The notes beneath the pieces are model-generated. The model was given only the letters and a program-made list of their open reading frames with translations. It was not told where the DNA came from and did no database searches. Source: Cirrosporium novae-zelandiae (Eukaryota). From it: a stretch of DNA of 64,000 nucleotides. A program made the position numbers and the translations under genes. Positions 1 to 13,344 of the stretch are shown in pieces. How positions within the stretch are numbered: position 1 is the first letter of the stretch; every line of letters begins with the position of its first letter. Location: assembly GCA_026023565.1 (NCBI GenBank), contig JAPETS010000024.1, forward strand, positions 186,001-250,000. The letters run 5' to 3'.

Positions 1-911
1 GATAATGAACGACATCTGAACTTCCATGTCGGTCCTGTACTAGTAGAGAGAGATTCGAGGATTCGCCTAGGTATGCGACTCTTCCGGCTTCTTTGATAGG
101 AGCACGTGCAAATTTCGGTTTCATCAATGAACCATAGACGGGATCATTTCCGTTTGGTGGCGGAGGCGGCGCTTGCATATCTGGAAGGGATGCACTCGGC
201 GGAGCGGTTGGAGGAGTGTAGAGAGAGGCATTGCTCCTAGATGAAAGTATTTGGGTTGCATCTCGGGATGGTGCGGTAGAAGGCGTGGATTCGCTTCGTT
301 CACTGTGATGCAACGTAATGAGTGTCTATCGACGTCAATATCAAAGTGGTCTCTAATGGTCTATACCTTTGGTCATCTTTGATTTTGGTCTGTGTTTTCT
401 TTCTCTTGGGAGTTGGAATTCGACATTCGATGGAAAAGGCTACGCAATTGGTGCACGGGACGCCTAGACTGGCTGCATCGCAGCGTACCTGCATCAGGAT
501 GATAAGTTAGAAACGTCATGCCAAAATGTAAAAAGCAATGCGATGATTGGCTGGGGCTCACCTTTCTGGCATGACAGGTCTATCGTGTTGCGACAATTTG
601 AGCGATTAGTACTTATTTTCATCTATATCTGTAGACCGAGGTGCCGAGGCATTCTGGTAATGAACGACTTGTCGCGTCTATCGTGAAAAATAAAAGCTTA
701 CCTCGCAAGCTTTTGATGCACGTTGCCTGATTGGAAACTGCGTCAGTTTATCCAAGAATCTTGGAAGAATATATATAGACGCGCCCTACCTTCTGAAGCT
801 GGGATGACCTGCGGTTTGCGACGGTGGTGCAGGCGCAGGATGCGACCCAGCGGCACCATTTTCTTGTGAAGTGTGGCCGTTGGATGGAAATGTCATGTTC
901 TCCGCTGCCAT
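1..911 (-). CDS. farA: Zn2Cys6 transcription factor FarA / cutinase transcription factor 1-alpha; 5' part only, runs off the window start
   Basis: ATG at 911. Splicing 790-911, 702-726, 562-579 and downstream exons gives RRQRASKACETCHARKVRCDAASLGVPCTNCVAFSIECRIP, then MKPKFARAPIKEAGRVAYLGESSNLSLLVQDRHG, typical of FarA/Ctf1-alpha. Confidence 0.9.
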
Positions 912-2427
912 GGCATATTTTGCACAATATTTTGGGCTACAAGTTTAGGGTATGTAGGATGCTTGGGGATTTAACATGAAGTGTGAATGAAAGAGAGGAG
1001 TGTGAAGTTTGAAGGGCAATTTGATGGTGGCGGCTGTGCTGTGAATTGCTGCTGTACTTTGGCTGAAGAATAATGTGGGCGTCAGTGGTAATAATAACGA
1101 TCCGGATGCTCTTCTGTATTAATAACAATTCACAACATAGACCACTGAATCACAGATGACTACCACAATTTGAAAGGAAAAGATTAGAGAGGATTGGAGA
1201 ACATTTTCCAGATGGCCATTTGCAGCAGATCAGACGCCTGGCGGTATGGAGATGGAGAGGGGGGGCAGGCTTTTACGGATATTATTTAGTTTATGGTATG
1301 CTTGCAATAGGCATGCGACTTGCAAGCCTAGATAGGTTCATAACTATCATAGATACACAAAGTAACTAGAATAATGAAAATCCTTATTCTTCTCTTGATC
1401 CGACTTTATCAACTGGTCAATTCTAGTTCTAATCAAATCATATGAAGAAAAAAAAAGGATAAAAAAACAAGAACAAAGAGGAGAGCGGTGAACTTACTGA
1501 ATAAGTTAAATAACCCACGGTATTCATTCCATAGTGGGTGGCTTCCCTTAGTTTTCCTTACACTGGCTGTCGGCATTTAATCCCGTATCAAACGGCCCCT
1601 AGACAATTGAGACATATCCGGAGGAGAAGAGAATCATCTTTGGAGGGGTGAGGGGGGCCAAGCTGGGGGCACAAGATGGGGCCAATATGGGGGGGGGGGG
1701 GGTCGTGAAAGCCTATAATTAAGCGTTCAAGTGTCAAGCCTTCTTTCTCTTTGGACCTACCAGGCCAAGCCCGCCTTGACTTAATTACTTGTTGGGTCTA
1801 AACAATCCCCTGCAAATGTGGGGTTGTTAGTCCGCACTGAATCTGTGAAAAAAAGGAATCAACTCCTAGTTAACAGGCTAACAACAGATATACGTTGGTA
1901 AGCTTGATATCATATCTAAATACTTAATCTAGAGGTCCTAGTCTATGAAATACAACTCAACTCTTGCCTTCCATAATTACCTCGGCTAGTTTCTTAGACC
2001 CCACGGACCCTTACATGACATTGTTCTCTCCTCCACAACCTGCCCTAATGGGCCCTGTTTCCAGTCCTTGTGTAACAGAAACTCTATGTATCCATCACAA
2101 ATGCAGAGGCTTCGGCCAACTACGGTTCCCGCTACATTGCGTCCATACAGATCTTGTTCCATGTATTTTAGTTTCATCTTTCATTGATTTCATTCGTTGC
2201 ACATCAGCAGCACCATATCTACCATTTATCCCTGGATGCCGCCCTGCAGGAATAAGAATTTCCATGTCCCATATTTCCAAAACATAATCACCGAGGAAAG
2301 CTAGCTAATTACCTTATTCCAAGTCCATGAATGAGTCAAGAATCAAGTACTGATCAACTTAATGCTCATCCTTGCTCCCGACATGCGAGCACTAGGTACA
2401 GACATAGACCATCTGGCAATCCCGCTA

Positions 2428-5400
2428 TCAAAGCAGCTTGCCGTTAGTCGCCGGCTTTCCATCTGCAATAAGCGCTTTCGTGAAATCCGATGACAAACCA
2501 CCTTTTGTCGTCCCATTTGTCATTTTGGACAATCCATCCTGTTCCTCGGTCTGCTGTTCTTGGCTTGGTTCTTCTATTCCAGTTACCGTTCCTTTGTCAT
2601 CACCCATCTCAACCCCCCTCACGAAGACCTCACTCACAAATTCTAGCCCGGCAACAAACACGCAGAGAAGACTTGCGATGCAGAAATGACTGATGCTCGT
2701 TCCAATATCCAGCCAGCTTCCTTCGTCTCGGACCATATAGAAAAAGTTCAACGTCATCACATCGCTAATAGCCATAACAATCATGAAAAGCGCCGATGGT
2801 GCAACCCCCAACCTTCTATTCAAAACCCCTAGATTCGCGCTAATCACCGCAAATGGGATCATAAGCTTCAAGATAAGCAATGCGCCTTGAGATAATGGGT
2901 TAAAAACGGGTATCAAACGGCAAACACTCTCTAGAGAGAAAGAAGATATGGACGCAATATTTCCAGTACTGAAAAATGCTGATTGTAACAAGAAAAGAAA
3001 AAATAGGGCAATCCGGACATCTGACAGGGTAAGTGCGCGGTAATCGCCGTCTTTGAGACCGTGGAGGCGAGATTTAGCCGCCTCAATCGCTGGCATAAGG
3101 GGATTGATCTCCTCCGTAAGTTGAGTCGAAGTTGGCCGAGCGTTATTGTAACAATAAATACGGTGCTCAAGGCGAACCCAAGTGACTAAAGTCGTGCAGA
3201 ATGCGAAATAGAAAAGGCCTTCGTACGATATCGTAAGGATAATAAATATTGGCGAGAAGGTTAAAAAGATCACAACAAGCTGGTGAAGATAATGCTTATT
3301 CGGAGCGAGCCCATGAAGGATGGGTGTGATCATAGAGGTCCCTTGAACAAGTATTAGCAATATCTTTTAAGCAAGAAACAATAACTTTCACATACCAAGT
3401 ACAAACCAGCCCACAACTTGATTACCAAGGGGCAGACCTTTCTTTGCTTGCAAAGAAGCTACACTTGACCTCGTCACAATCATTGCTAGAAGCACAAGGC
3501 CACACTAATGTCGTCAGAAATCGTCCTTCAAAATTTACCATATAATCTTACCTGAAGGCCTAATATCCCTCGTGATAGAGTAATGGCTGAAGGCGTCATC
3601 TTTGTTTTCTCAGATGACGATTGAGCCATGATGCTATCTTCGAACAAAATATACACAAGCCCAGTTAGAAACATCAGAAAGCCTCCTGCGAGTCTAGAGA
3701 AAAGTCAGTGTTTATAATATTGTGGTGGAGAAAACTCGATACATACATTATGTTGATATCTTCAACCTTTACTACGGGTAGAAGCGTAAATGTGCTCATG
3801 AAGACGCACCCGATCACCCATGTTCCAATAAGAGGTGAATTCTGCTTTACGAACGTTACTCCGTATGAGAGTGGCCAAATAGCACCAAGGATAAAACAGA
3901 GCGTGAAAATCTCACGGTGGAAGTAAGATTGAACCTGACAGTATTAGTAAATTAACAGTTATGGGCAGCAGCTTACTTACAAGGGCTTCAAGAAGACCGA
4001 CAGAAACTGCAGCCTCTAGTATCAGAGACCAATGAGCGGTCTTAGTTTTGAGATTCCTAAGGAGGACATCTTTTCCGGCTGTCCAAGCCGGTCTCCTGGC
4101 AAAAACTTCTTCCCAGAACAGTACCGGAAAGAATGCATATGCATAATATGTCCAAGATGCATGTCGTACCCATAAAGTTGAGTAAAGCATCACAAGAATT
4201 GAAATAAAAGAGCCCACAGTTGAGGAATTTCTAGTAGCATCAACAGTCCCGTGGAGAACATGCAAATCGATGACAGTTGTCAAAGCATATGCTATCCAAC
4301 CAACGTATCCTGCTGTAACGAGTGCTCGAAGGAAGAGCCAGTCATAGGTCTGAAGATATCGCAAGCCATCTAGCCCTAGATGCAAAAGGTCTTTGCAATC
4401 TAAGATAGCTGATTCATAATCTCCGGAATCGATAAGCTCTCTAATAGCACTAATCCTATACTCTATAGAGTGCTCATTATCACCAAAGGGTGCAAACGGC
4501 TTGAATCGAAACTCCGTTGCACTTTTCTGCGACTCCTTGACATGGTACATTTCCAGTATTTCTCGAACATTGACCAGAGCAGCTTCAGCCTTCTGTTTTG
4601 GATCTGCGGCAAGATATGAAAGAGGTAGTTCTCCAACTGAATTTACAGGGAATTCCAGACCAACAAGGTATGCCATAAGTGTAGCGACGTCAGCTTGCGC
4701 CACATCATGACGTTGTATATGATTGAAACCCCAGCCTGCAGAAAACTTATCGTCGTGTCCAGGTGCCTCCCGGCCTTCATAAATATTTGGACCAGCGACA
4801 CCAGACCCCCACACGACAAGCGGTGTTCTTGTGTTATCAGGATGACCGTCGCCATGACTACCCCAATCACTCATGCCATGATCAGCTGTAAAGACGTATG
4901 CAGTCTTTGCATCTTTATAAAAGTTCTCCACAATATTTGTAATTTCTCTGACACCCTCATCGACGACTTTAATGTTATGTAAATATTCTCTCGAATAAGG
5001 TCTGTAGCCATGGCCAGTAGTATCCAATCCTAAAAGGTGCAGAAAGAAGACAAGTTGATCGTCGTGCAAAGCTTTGTTCAAGGCTTCGTCAGTTTTTGCT
5101 GATTCAAAAAGCTCCTTCACTTTGTCAAAGACCCAAGTATCTAGCCGGGTGGCATCTATCAATGTTCAGTATCCTTCCTCGTAGAATTACAATTTGGTGC
5201 AAACCTGAAGTGAAATCTTCTGCCTCCTCACTGTATGTATCTGCGTCGATTCTACCCGGTACAGCGCCCTCTTTGAACATTGGCAGTATATCAGGACTTC
5301 CCCAGCTCCATGTATGCCGACTGCGATTGAAGACACTATCGAAATTGACTGGGTTCAATTTCCAACCAGTAGTGACAGCGGAGACATCTTCATATAAACC

Positions 5401-5775
5401 GGCAATGAGAGCGACATGTCCAGGCCTAGATTCGGTGGGTACACGAGTATGTGAGACTCCAAAAGTTCCATGTAACAGAACTCTCGAGCGAATAAAAGGA
5501 GCTAAGGGTCGGGGCTCATGAGCAGAAGGGTCGGTTGGATCGGCGGGAGAAGGGTCAGGGAAGGATTGAAATGCTTTATCCGCTCGAAGACCGTCTCCGA
5601 CGAAAAGAAACAGGCGTTTTGCAGGTGCTTCTTGATTTTCAGATCTTTCGACTTTGTACTCTTTCATACCACTCACAATTGGGCTGACGAAATAAATATC
5701 AAAGATGGAATAGATATAAATTAAGTGGAAGATGATAGCAATGGCCAAGAAGCCAAAGCGGCCAACGCGAGCCAT
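2428..5775 (-). CDS. MCD4: GPI ethanolamine phosphate transferase 1 (PIG-N), multi-exon
   Basis: Motifs [40 protein letters not shown] and [15 protein letters not shown]; multi-TM C-terminus with [19 protein letters not shown] introns join the ORFs. Confidence 0.96.
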
Positions 5776-8700
5776 GATAGGAGAAAGGAATGGCGGGCCT
5801 CAATGGGCAAAAATGGGAGACGTTTTGGGCATTAGTTGTACAGATTAACTGATACAAAATGATTCGTACAACACATGGGTTCGCGTCCAGAAGAATCTCC
5901 AAAGAGGCCAAGGGGCTTGTTACGCTAAACTTATGGGGGTGACTTAAACCAACGTTTTAACGTTTAACCCGCCATTGCCCTGAGATGAAGCTTCTTTCTC
6001 ATCTTGTTCAAACCTCCTTATAACTAAACATTAAAGAATTATACATATTAAAATCAATCTTAGATATAGACCAAGGATATCATTAAGGAGTTTTCTTTCT
6101 CAAACCTAGTGCTATTGATTCTAATAAAATACAAGCAAAATACAAATAAGATGCAGAATGGCTGATGATGGTAAAATTCCAACTGAAGTCAGAAGATACA
6201 TAATAATAAGTCTATATACATCCTTGTTCTTTTTTTCACGATCGTGCAGCCTACAGGAGTCGCTCCATATCACTGTCACATGAAACTCCCCGAATATACG
6301 GATAAACCCCGCCTTTTCATCCTAATTGTTGATCCCAAGACCTAACATCCAATGAAGAATGAACCCTTCTTACCGTTTAAGGTTGTACATACAGAAACCC
6401 CGGAAACAAATGGAAGTATCCTTGCATATTGATATGAAAAGTCATTCGGTCTTTTTGCTTCATGTGCCTGTAAGGATCAAATAGCCGTATAGGTTACAAC
6501 TAAGGGGGGTATAGCCTTAACCTCTATTGATACAAAATCAGCGATTCTTATTTCTAGCTTTTACCCTAGTTTCTATACATTATTCTTTATTTCTACTTCC
6601 TTCATCAAAATATGCCTCTTACATACCGAGGTTGTAGAAACAGCAGCTTTCTTCGCATCAAACCCGTTATGTGCAATGTTTCTCTCTTCGAGTTTTCGCA
6701 CTCAATGCTATTGATAGGGACAACATCCTGCCTGCTTCAACAGAACCGTTTTCTCATTCCCCTGGATCCACAGGCAAGACGTCCATTTCTCACGCTCTAT
6801 CTCCTGAGAAATGCTCGTTCATATCATTTTTAAAAGAACTTTTTATCATTCAGTCTTGGCTGTTCCTTTCAGTAGTATTCCAACCTTTTCTCCACCTCTA
6901 GCTTTCGCGCTCAGTCTTCTTGTTTCTCTATGTTTCCCAATCCATTTTATCTTCGTGATCTTCCCCAGCGAATCACGCGATCGATAGAAATATTTATTGA
7001 AGGGTTCCACTCTAAGCCACGGTAACATCTACAGGACAATGTTATACATTCCATAGATAAAGGACTTTCAGACCAAGAATAGAGCCTCGAAATATGTGGT
7101 AATTAACACACAAATCTAGAACTATGACTGGAAACTTAAGAGGTATGTATGATGGCACTAATCGTTGGGGAAATGAGTCGTTTGAACAGGTAGGTGAGTA
7201 GCCATTTTGCATGGAAATTTGGCTTACTTCCAGACCAATGACATAAATTCAACAGTAACCAAAATATTTCATATGATCTGCGGTAGACTTAGCTGAACTC
7301 CAGATTTCCCTGAACCGAACCGATGCCTTCCTTTCTTGCAATGATATTGCCATCTGCTAGCAATTAGAGGTACACGAGATAGAACATGCCCCCCCTTGAT
7401 CCTGATTCTCAGGATATGCCTTGCTCAGTTTCCTACTCATATCACTCGATCAAGGGGTAATGAATGTTCCAGTGTCAAAAAAAAATAGGTCAGCACATAA
7501 CATGTTGAAGGCATAGTGTGAAGTTATAGTGCTCAATCACTAGAATAGGATGTTGGAAGGTCGTCGAGTAGAGTGGGTTTTTAATGCGTACTTGTCGAAC
7601 TATTGCCTTCTGCCATTTCACCATCCGGGCTGGTTAATAGGTATACCCTAAAGAGAGTATATACAGAACGACAGTAATTTGGAATCGGGGCTCATAGAGG
7701 CTATAATTTCTATGTTATGATATCATGCCTGCGAAAATGTATTTGAGCTGTTATGAATATTCCTAGTACTAAGCAAAGCTGAGTACGTATATCTTTGCCT
7801 AAGAGGATGATAGTGGCTGTAGTGACAGTGTTATACTGGTTTTCAGTATTGATTGAGGATATGTAGGCGTTAACAACTAAGAAGTAAGTATCTTTCTTTA
7901 ACAGAAGGTACTCATATCTTTGTCGAATTCATATGCTGGAGTCTATAAAGAAGCCCAATGCTAAAGGGGGCTTTGATAGATTGTTAATTCTGTAAATCCA
8001 GCCTAAGTGACAATCATTTGAACAACAGGAAAAATATAACCTACCAGTCCAAGCATAAGATGAGTTAACAATTCGTGCAAAGCTCCTCTCTAGCTCCCTC
8101 TTCATTTTCTATTCTCTTTCTTTTCTTCCCTTTGGTGATTTCCAGTCCTACCACATAACGCAAATACACATACAGTTATGTCTAAAACTTCTATATCCCA
8201 CGCACATAATCGCCATCAATAATTCCACGATGGATGTTCTTAAACACCAAAAGCCGCGAACTCAGCGTAGCAAAACAATCCACTAAAAAGACTACTATGG
8301 CAAGACCTAGGGCTTGTAGATAATCCCAGAAAGGGTCTTAATTATTCAATATTTTCGGACAACAATAATAATGATCACCTATTTCCACCGACCTAGTAAT
8401 TTTCTAGGGGGTAAAGGAGGGGAATATCTATTGCCACGTTAGTTATCTACCGGAGACGAGCTCTAATGATTTGACAAATATAATCGAATAACTTTTTCCT
8501 CAGCCAGAAAAACACGAAAAGATCCTTCTACCACATTGCTATTCTTGGGCCATTCTAGCACCCGAATAAAAACTTTGGACCTCTACGTAGTGTTCAGAAC
8601 AAAATAATCTTCTCAAGACGAAAACAAACACAAAACTATTCATATATTGAAAAAATCCTCGCACGGCCTTAGCAGCGAACAGGAGCATTTTACATTGAAC

Positions 8701-9444
8701 TGCGGCCTTAGAAACCGAAGCAGTTCTCGTCGAACTATGACTTTGAAGAGGAGAATGATGGTCCGTTTCAAACCCATGATATGATCCTTCTTCAACCTTT
8801 TCACACGCTTCGAGGCTGATTCGGGGTATCATTAGAATGCGAACGTATGATGAAATGGATACGGTCATAGTGGAAGACAACTTGTAGGGATTCGAGAGAC
8901 GGGACAGTCATAGATAGCAGAGATAGGAATATATAACATGCTAAGATAATGTTACAGTAGCATGGGGATAGTGTACTTATACACAATACTCCGAGGTTAG
9001 GATAGAATTACACCCATGATCCACAGTAGATAGCTAGTGTTTCATATTTCATGCTTCAAGTCTTGGCTGTTGGGACTGTTGTGTAACCATGCTTGCCATA
9101 TCTCGACTTTAAAAGTGGTTACTTACCTAGTTACCTGCGTCTCTACATACCTCATCTTAACTCTCAAGATATTACGATCTCGTTCATCGTAGATCCTATT
9201 TCACAGTTTACTATATTTGAAAGCTTTCGATTTCATTCATACTTAGTAATAATACATGTAGGCTAAACACTTTTAATGTCAAGAGTCTTGCCCACAGGAT
9301 ACAATCAACCTCTCATTAATATGACTGTTTTTCCCTTGCGATTCCTTAGCTATCTCCAATTAGAGATCGAGGTAGCTTATTACGATAACCCTCGGGCATC
9401 TATACGCGATTATCTTCGCAAAACGCTCCTTGATCTTGGGCTCC

Positions 9445-11288
9445 TTAATCCGTCTCATCATCGACTTTTGGCTTGGGTGGCTGCTTCGTCAAAGTATGCA
9501 TTACCCTACTGTAAAACTGGCTCGCACTATTTCTCGAAAACGTAATCTCCTCCGTCAAATATTCCGGCAACAATGCTAACAAATCCCGATCTCTCTCGGC
9601 ATCCAAAAGTGGTGTATACTGAAATTCCGTATCCTCGTAGCTTGTCCCGGTTCTAACAGCGGATGCAACAGAGAGTTTGAAGTGTAAAGTCCCGTTGCGG
9701 CCTGTCTGGAGACAGTCATAGATATCCCATTCATCGCCACGTTTAACGTTACGAAAGATGAGGCCTGTGAGATCGCTATAAAGATCTTCTTTTAATTGGG
9801 CTATCTGAGCGGTTTCAGGATTACTGTACATCACCGATCTATTAGGCTTGACGGCACTGCCAGGGACCCGAGAGGTTGTTGAATTGTCGATTGTGGCAGA
9901 CCGCGACGCTGCTAGCTTGGCTTGGAGGGATTTGTTATCATTTTGGGAGGATGCGAGCGTGCTGGTGAGGGTAGATATTTGCGAGAGAAGGGAGTGTATT
10001 TGAGTTTCTTGATCTGCAATTCTACTTTGCAAGGAGTCGGCTTCATTGGCTAGATTTGTTTGGATAGCTAGATCTGCCTTGAGGGAGGCAATGAGATCGT
10101 TGGCGGCTAATTTATTAACCATGAGTTAGTATGGAGGTCGTTAAAGAGAGATGGAACATGGGAGTATGTACCCTTGGTTTTTGCTTCTGACTGCTTCTGT
10201 AGTTTCTCAAAATTCTTCTCTGCTTCCTTGATACCAATTTCACGTAGATTGCGATATTTGACATCGAGATTCTCGAACTTAGCTGTCATGTCCCCAAGTC
10301 TGCGGCGTAACGCGGGATCACTGCTTCGCTCTGTATCTGATGCACTTCCTCCCCTGCGCTGTACTGATGGTTGCCGCTGTGTTGATTGGGTGCGACTGCG
10401 CTTAGGTAGAGGATCTTTGGGCGGAGGAGGCATGGTTGCTTCTATTTCATCGTCACTCTCGGCTTCAGCTGGTTCGTCAATGTCCATGGCATCTTTATGT
10501 GTCTCAGGTATCTCCAGCTCGGCGTTTTCTGTAGCAAGTGAAGGTTGGCGTTTGAGAATTTTTGGCTTCTTTGAGCCACTACGAGCGTTGCTTCGTAGAT
10601 TGCTTGACCGAACAGTCGCAGGGCTGTATTCGAAATCGCCATCTCTAAGGGTTTCCTTCAGGTCTGTGGCCTTGGTAGCCTTGGTTGTTCGCGTCCTTTT
10701 GGCAGGCTCTTCTGGTGCTTCGTCTGTTTCTTCCGTCGCCTGTTCCGGTTCTGTCGAGGACTTTTGTGCAGGTTTGCGCCCCCTTCTAGTTGGTTTTTCT
10801 TGTGGTTCCGCTGGGGCCTCGTCTGGGGCCTCGTCTGGCTCTGTAGTAGTTCCCTTTGTAGCCTTACGCCCTCGCTTCACAGGTTTATCCACCGCGTCTT
10901 CTTTCGCGTTTTCGGTTTCTTTAGCTATGGTTTTTGTAGTCTTTCGTCCTGCTCTTGTCTTCACTTGAGGTACTTCTTCATCCTGCTCATGGTCTTCTTG
11001 ATTTGGCTTCTCCTTCAATGCTTTTCTTTTATTGACAGCACCCTTCTTAGGCATGGTTGCTTTCTTCTCAGCGGACTTTGTGGATTCGTCTTCCTCGGAT
11101 ATATTCTTGGCGTTGGTGGTTTTTGCTACGTTCGTTTTAGGTCTTCCCCGTCCTTTTTTTGTGGTTACCGTGGTTCCTATCGCTGAGTCGGGTGTTAACA
11201 TCACGTCTTCGTCCGAAGCGATTGCATCGTGTTCAGTATCCGAATTGACTAGCCCGGAGATGGTCGTTTGGGTCTTTGTAAGGGCCAT
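9445..11288 (-). CDS. CSM1: Monopolin subunit Csm1/Pcs1 with a long charged N-terminal region; one intron near 10109-10171
   Basis: Coiled coil (LDVKYRNLREIGIKEAEKNFEKL) plus C-terminal LKEDLYSDLTGL...YDCLQTGRNGTLHFKL...LPEYLTEEITF, the Csm1 globular domain. Confidence 0.88.
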
Positions 11289-11592
11289 TGGGTTTTGAGG
11301 CCATAGAAACAAAAATTTGCACTCAATATTAATCCTCAAACCATAGGTTGTGTGGTAAGAAACTGTTGGTCAATTGTTGTGGTGGGAGCACAATCGATAG
11401 CTGTAGGGCTGACCTTACAAGGAAGTAAACAAAGCGACATGAACTAATGCCGAGGGATCGTGGACCAATCATACACCACCACACCTAGCTCCGACATTTC
11501 CTTGGTCCTATTTCCTGCATTCATGTCAGGAACCCTCTCACTATCTGTAAAGTTTTCTGGAAAGATTTTCTTTTCCTCTGCAAGCGTTTAAT

Positions 11593-12903
11593 ATGACATC
11601 CTCTCGTGGTAGCCGATGGCAGTTGATGCAGGATCTCACCCTCTTCGCTGCTGCGGTTAGTATCCCCTCTTCAATGCCTCAAGTTGCTCCCTGGCTTATC
11701 TTCATGGCAGAATATCGCAGGTTACTATATGCTACGCTATCTGCTTTTGCAGATGGCCCGTCTTAATCGTGATCCGGATTGGGAACAGAAGGAGGAAATA
11801 CGACAAAAATCAGCTTCGCATTTACGGAAAATAGGTGGCGTGCGTGAGAATGAAGAAGAAAGCGAATCCGAGGTTGAAGGCGAGAGGAGACTGAGAGCAG
11901 AAGACCTTGTACTCTCACAATACGAGCAGGCAATATCTCTTGAACTTGTTGCTCCTGAGGATATACCTGTGACCTTTGAAGGCAAGCTCAATGATCTCTC
12001 GAATGGCTATTCTAACTTTCATTCTCAGACATCGGCGGTCTGGAAGATATCATTGAGGAGCTCAAGGAGTCCGTCATTTACCCATTGACCATGCCACAAC
12101 TATACTCGCGGTCATCATCATTACTCTCGGCTCCTTCTGGAGTCCTTCTTTACGGTCCGCCCGGATGTGGCAAGACCATGCTAGCCAAGGCTTTGGCACA
12201 TGAAAGTGGTGCTTGCTTTATAAATTTACACATCTCTACTCTTACTGAAAAATGGTATGGCGACTCAAATAAGATGGTGAACGCCGTCTTTTCCCTTGCC
12301 CGGAAACTTCAACCAACAATTGTTTTCATCGATGAAATCGATGCTGTCCTGGGCACAAGACGAAGTGGGGAGCATGAAGCTAGTGGAATGGTAAAAGCAG
12401 AGTTTATGACACATTGGGATGGTCTGATGTCTGCAAATAACTCTGGTCAACCACAAAGAATTTTGATACTGGGGGCAACGAATAGGATACAGGATATTGA
12501 TGAGGCAATTCTTCGTCGGATGCCTAAGAAATTCCCGGTTTCTCTGCCGAACTCTAAACAGCGGCGTCGCATTCTTGACCTCGTTCTTCAAGGCACTAAG
12601 ATCGATAGAGAGAACTTCGACTTTGCTTATTTGACTAGGGTTATGGCTGGTATGTCTGGCAGTGACATCAAAGAGGCTTGTCGAGATGCAGCGATGAGCC
12701 CAATCAGGGAGATTATCAGAAAACAGAAAAAGTCAAATGGTCGAATTGAATCAGTTAGTGAAAACGAGATAAGGGGTCTAAGGACCGAGGATTTCTTTAC
12801 TAAGGCTGGAGGAATACAAATGATCCAAGACAGCAAAAGAGACAGTCGAAGGGGGTTTACTGGGGTAGATCCGGATATTGAAGAAGTTGACGACTCTGCA
12901 TAG
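11593..12903 (+). CDS. MSP1: Mitochondrial/peroxisomal membrane AAA+ ATPase Msp1 (ATAD1); introns 11656-11710 and 11982-12028
   Basis: N-terminal hydrophobic anchor, VTFEDIGGL, Walker A GPPGCGKT, Walker B FIDEID, EKWYGDSNK and EHEASGMVKAEFMTHWDG. Confidence 0.95.
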
Positions 12904-13344
12904 ATCTCAGGTAGGCATGACCGCATTGGTGACTTGTTTGGGGTTTCATTACGGAGTTTTAAGATGGATTGGAACTAGGTCAAGGGCGTTGGGGGCACTC
13001 TCCTACCGTGCGGGGGTTTTAGGAAACTCCCTGTAGTTATATATGATAATCTATGTATGATCATAATCTAAAATACCTATTCTTTATTTACATGATCAAC
13101 CCCTCAGTTTTCATGATTATTTGATTAGCAGTAGTAAGGAAAAGTCCAAACTCCAGATTTTCACCCGTGGCCCGGCTGAAGGAAAAGTCCGAAAACCGGG
13201 GGGACTCTTGGGCCAAAGGCGATTCTTCGATTGCGACAGCTACGCTAATTCCGCATTATCTCAATTAACCCATTTCAACAATTCTTCATCTTCAACATCT
13301 GAAAAACATTCAAGCACTCCATCACCGTTCTAAGAACGAATAAT

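Noticed and set aside
1964..2287. Overlapping short ORFs between farA and MCD4
   Set aside because: No family signature; they lie in the MCD4 3' region and farA promoter.
10174..11298. Long plus-strand ORFs (264, 140 and 88 aa)
   Set aside because: Antisense shadows of the K/E-rich CSM1 coding sequence.
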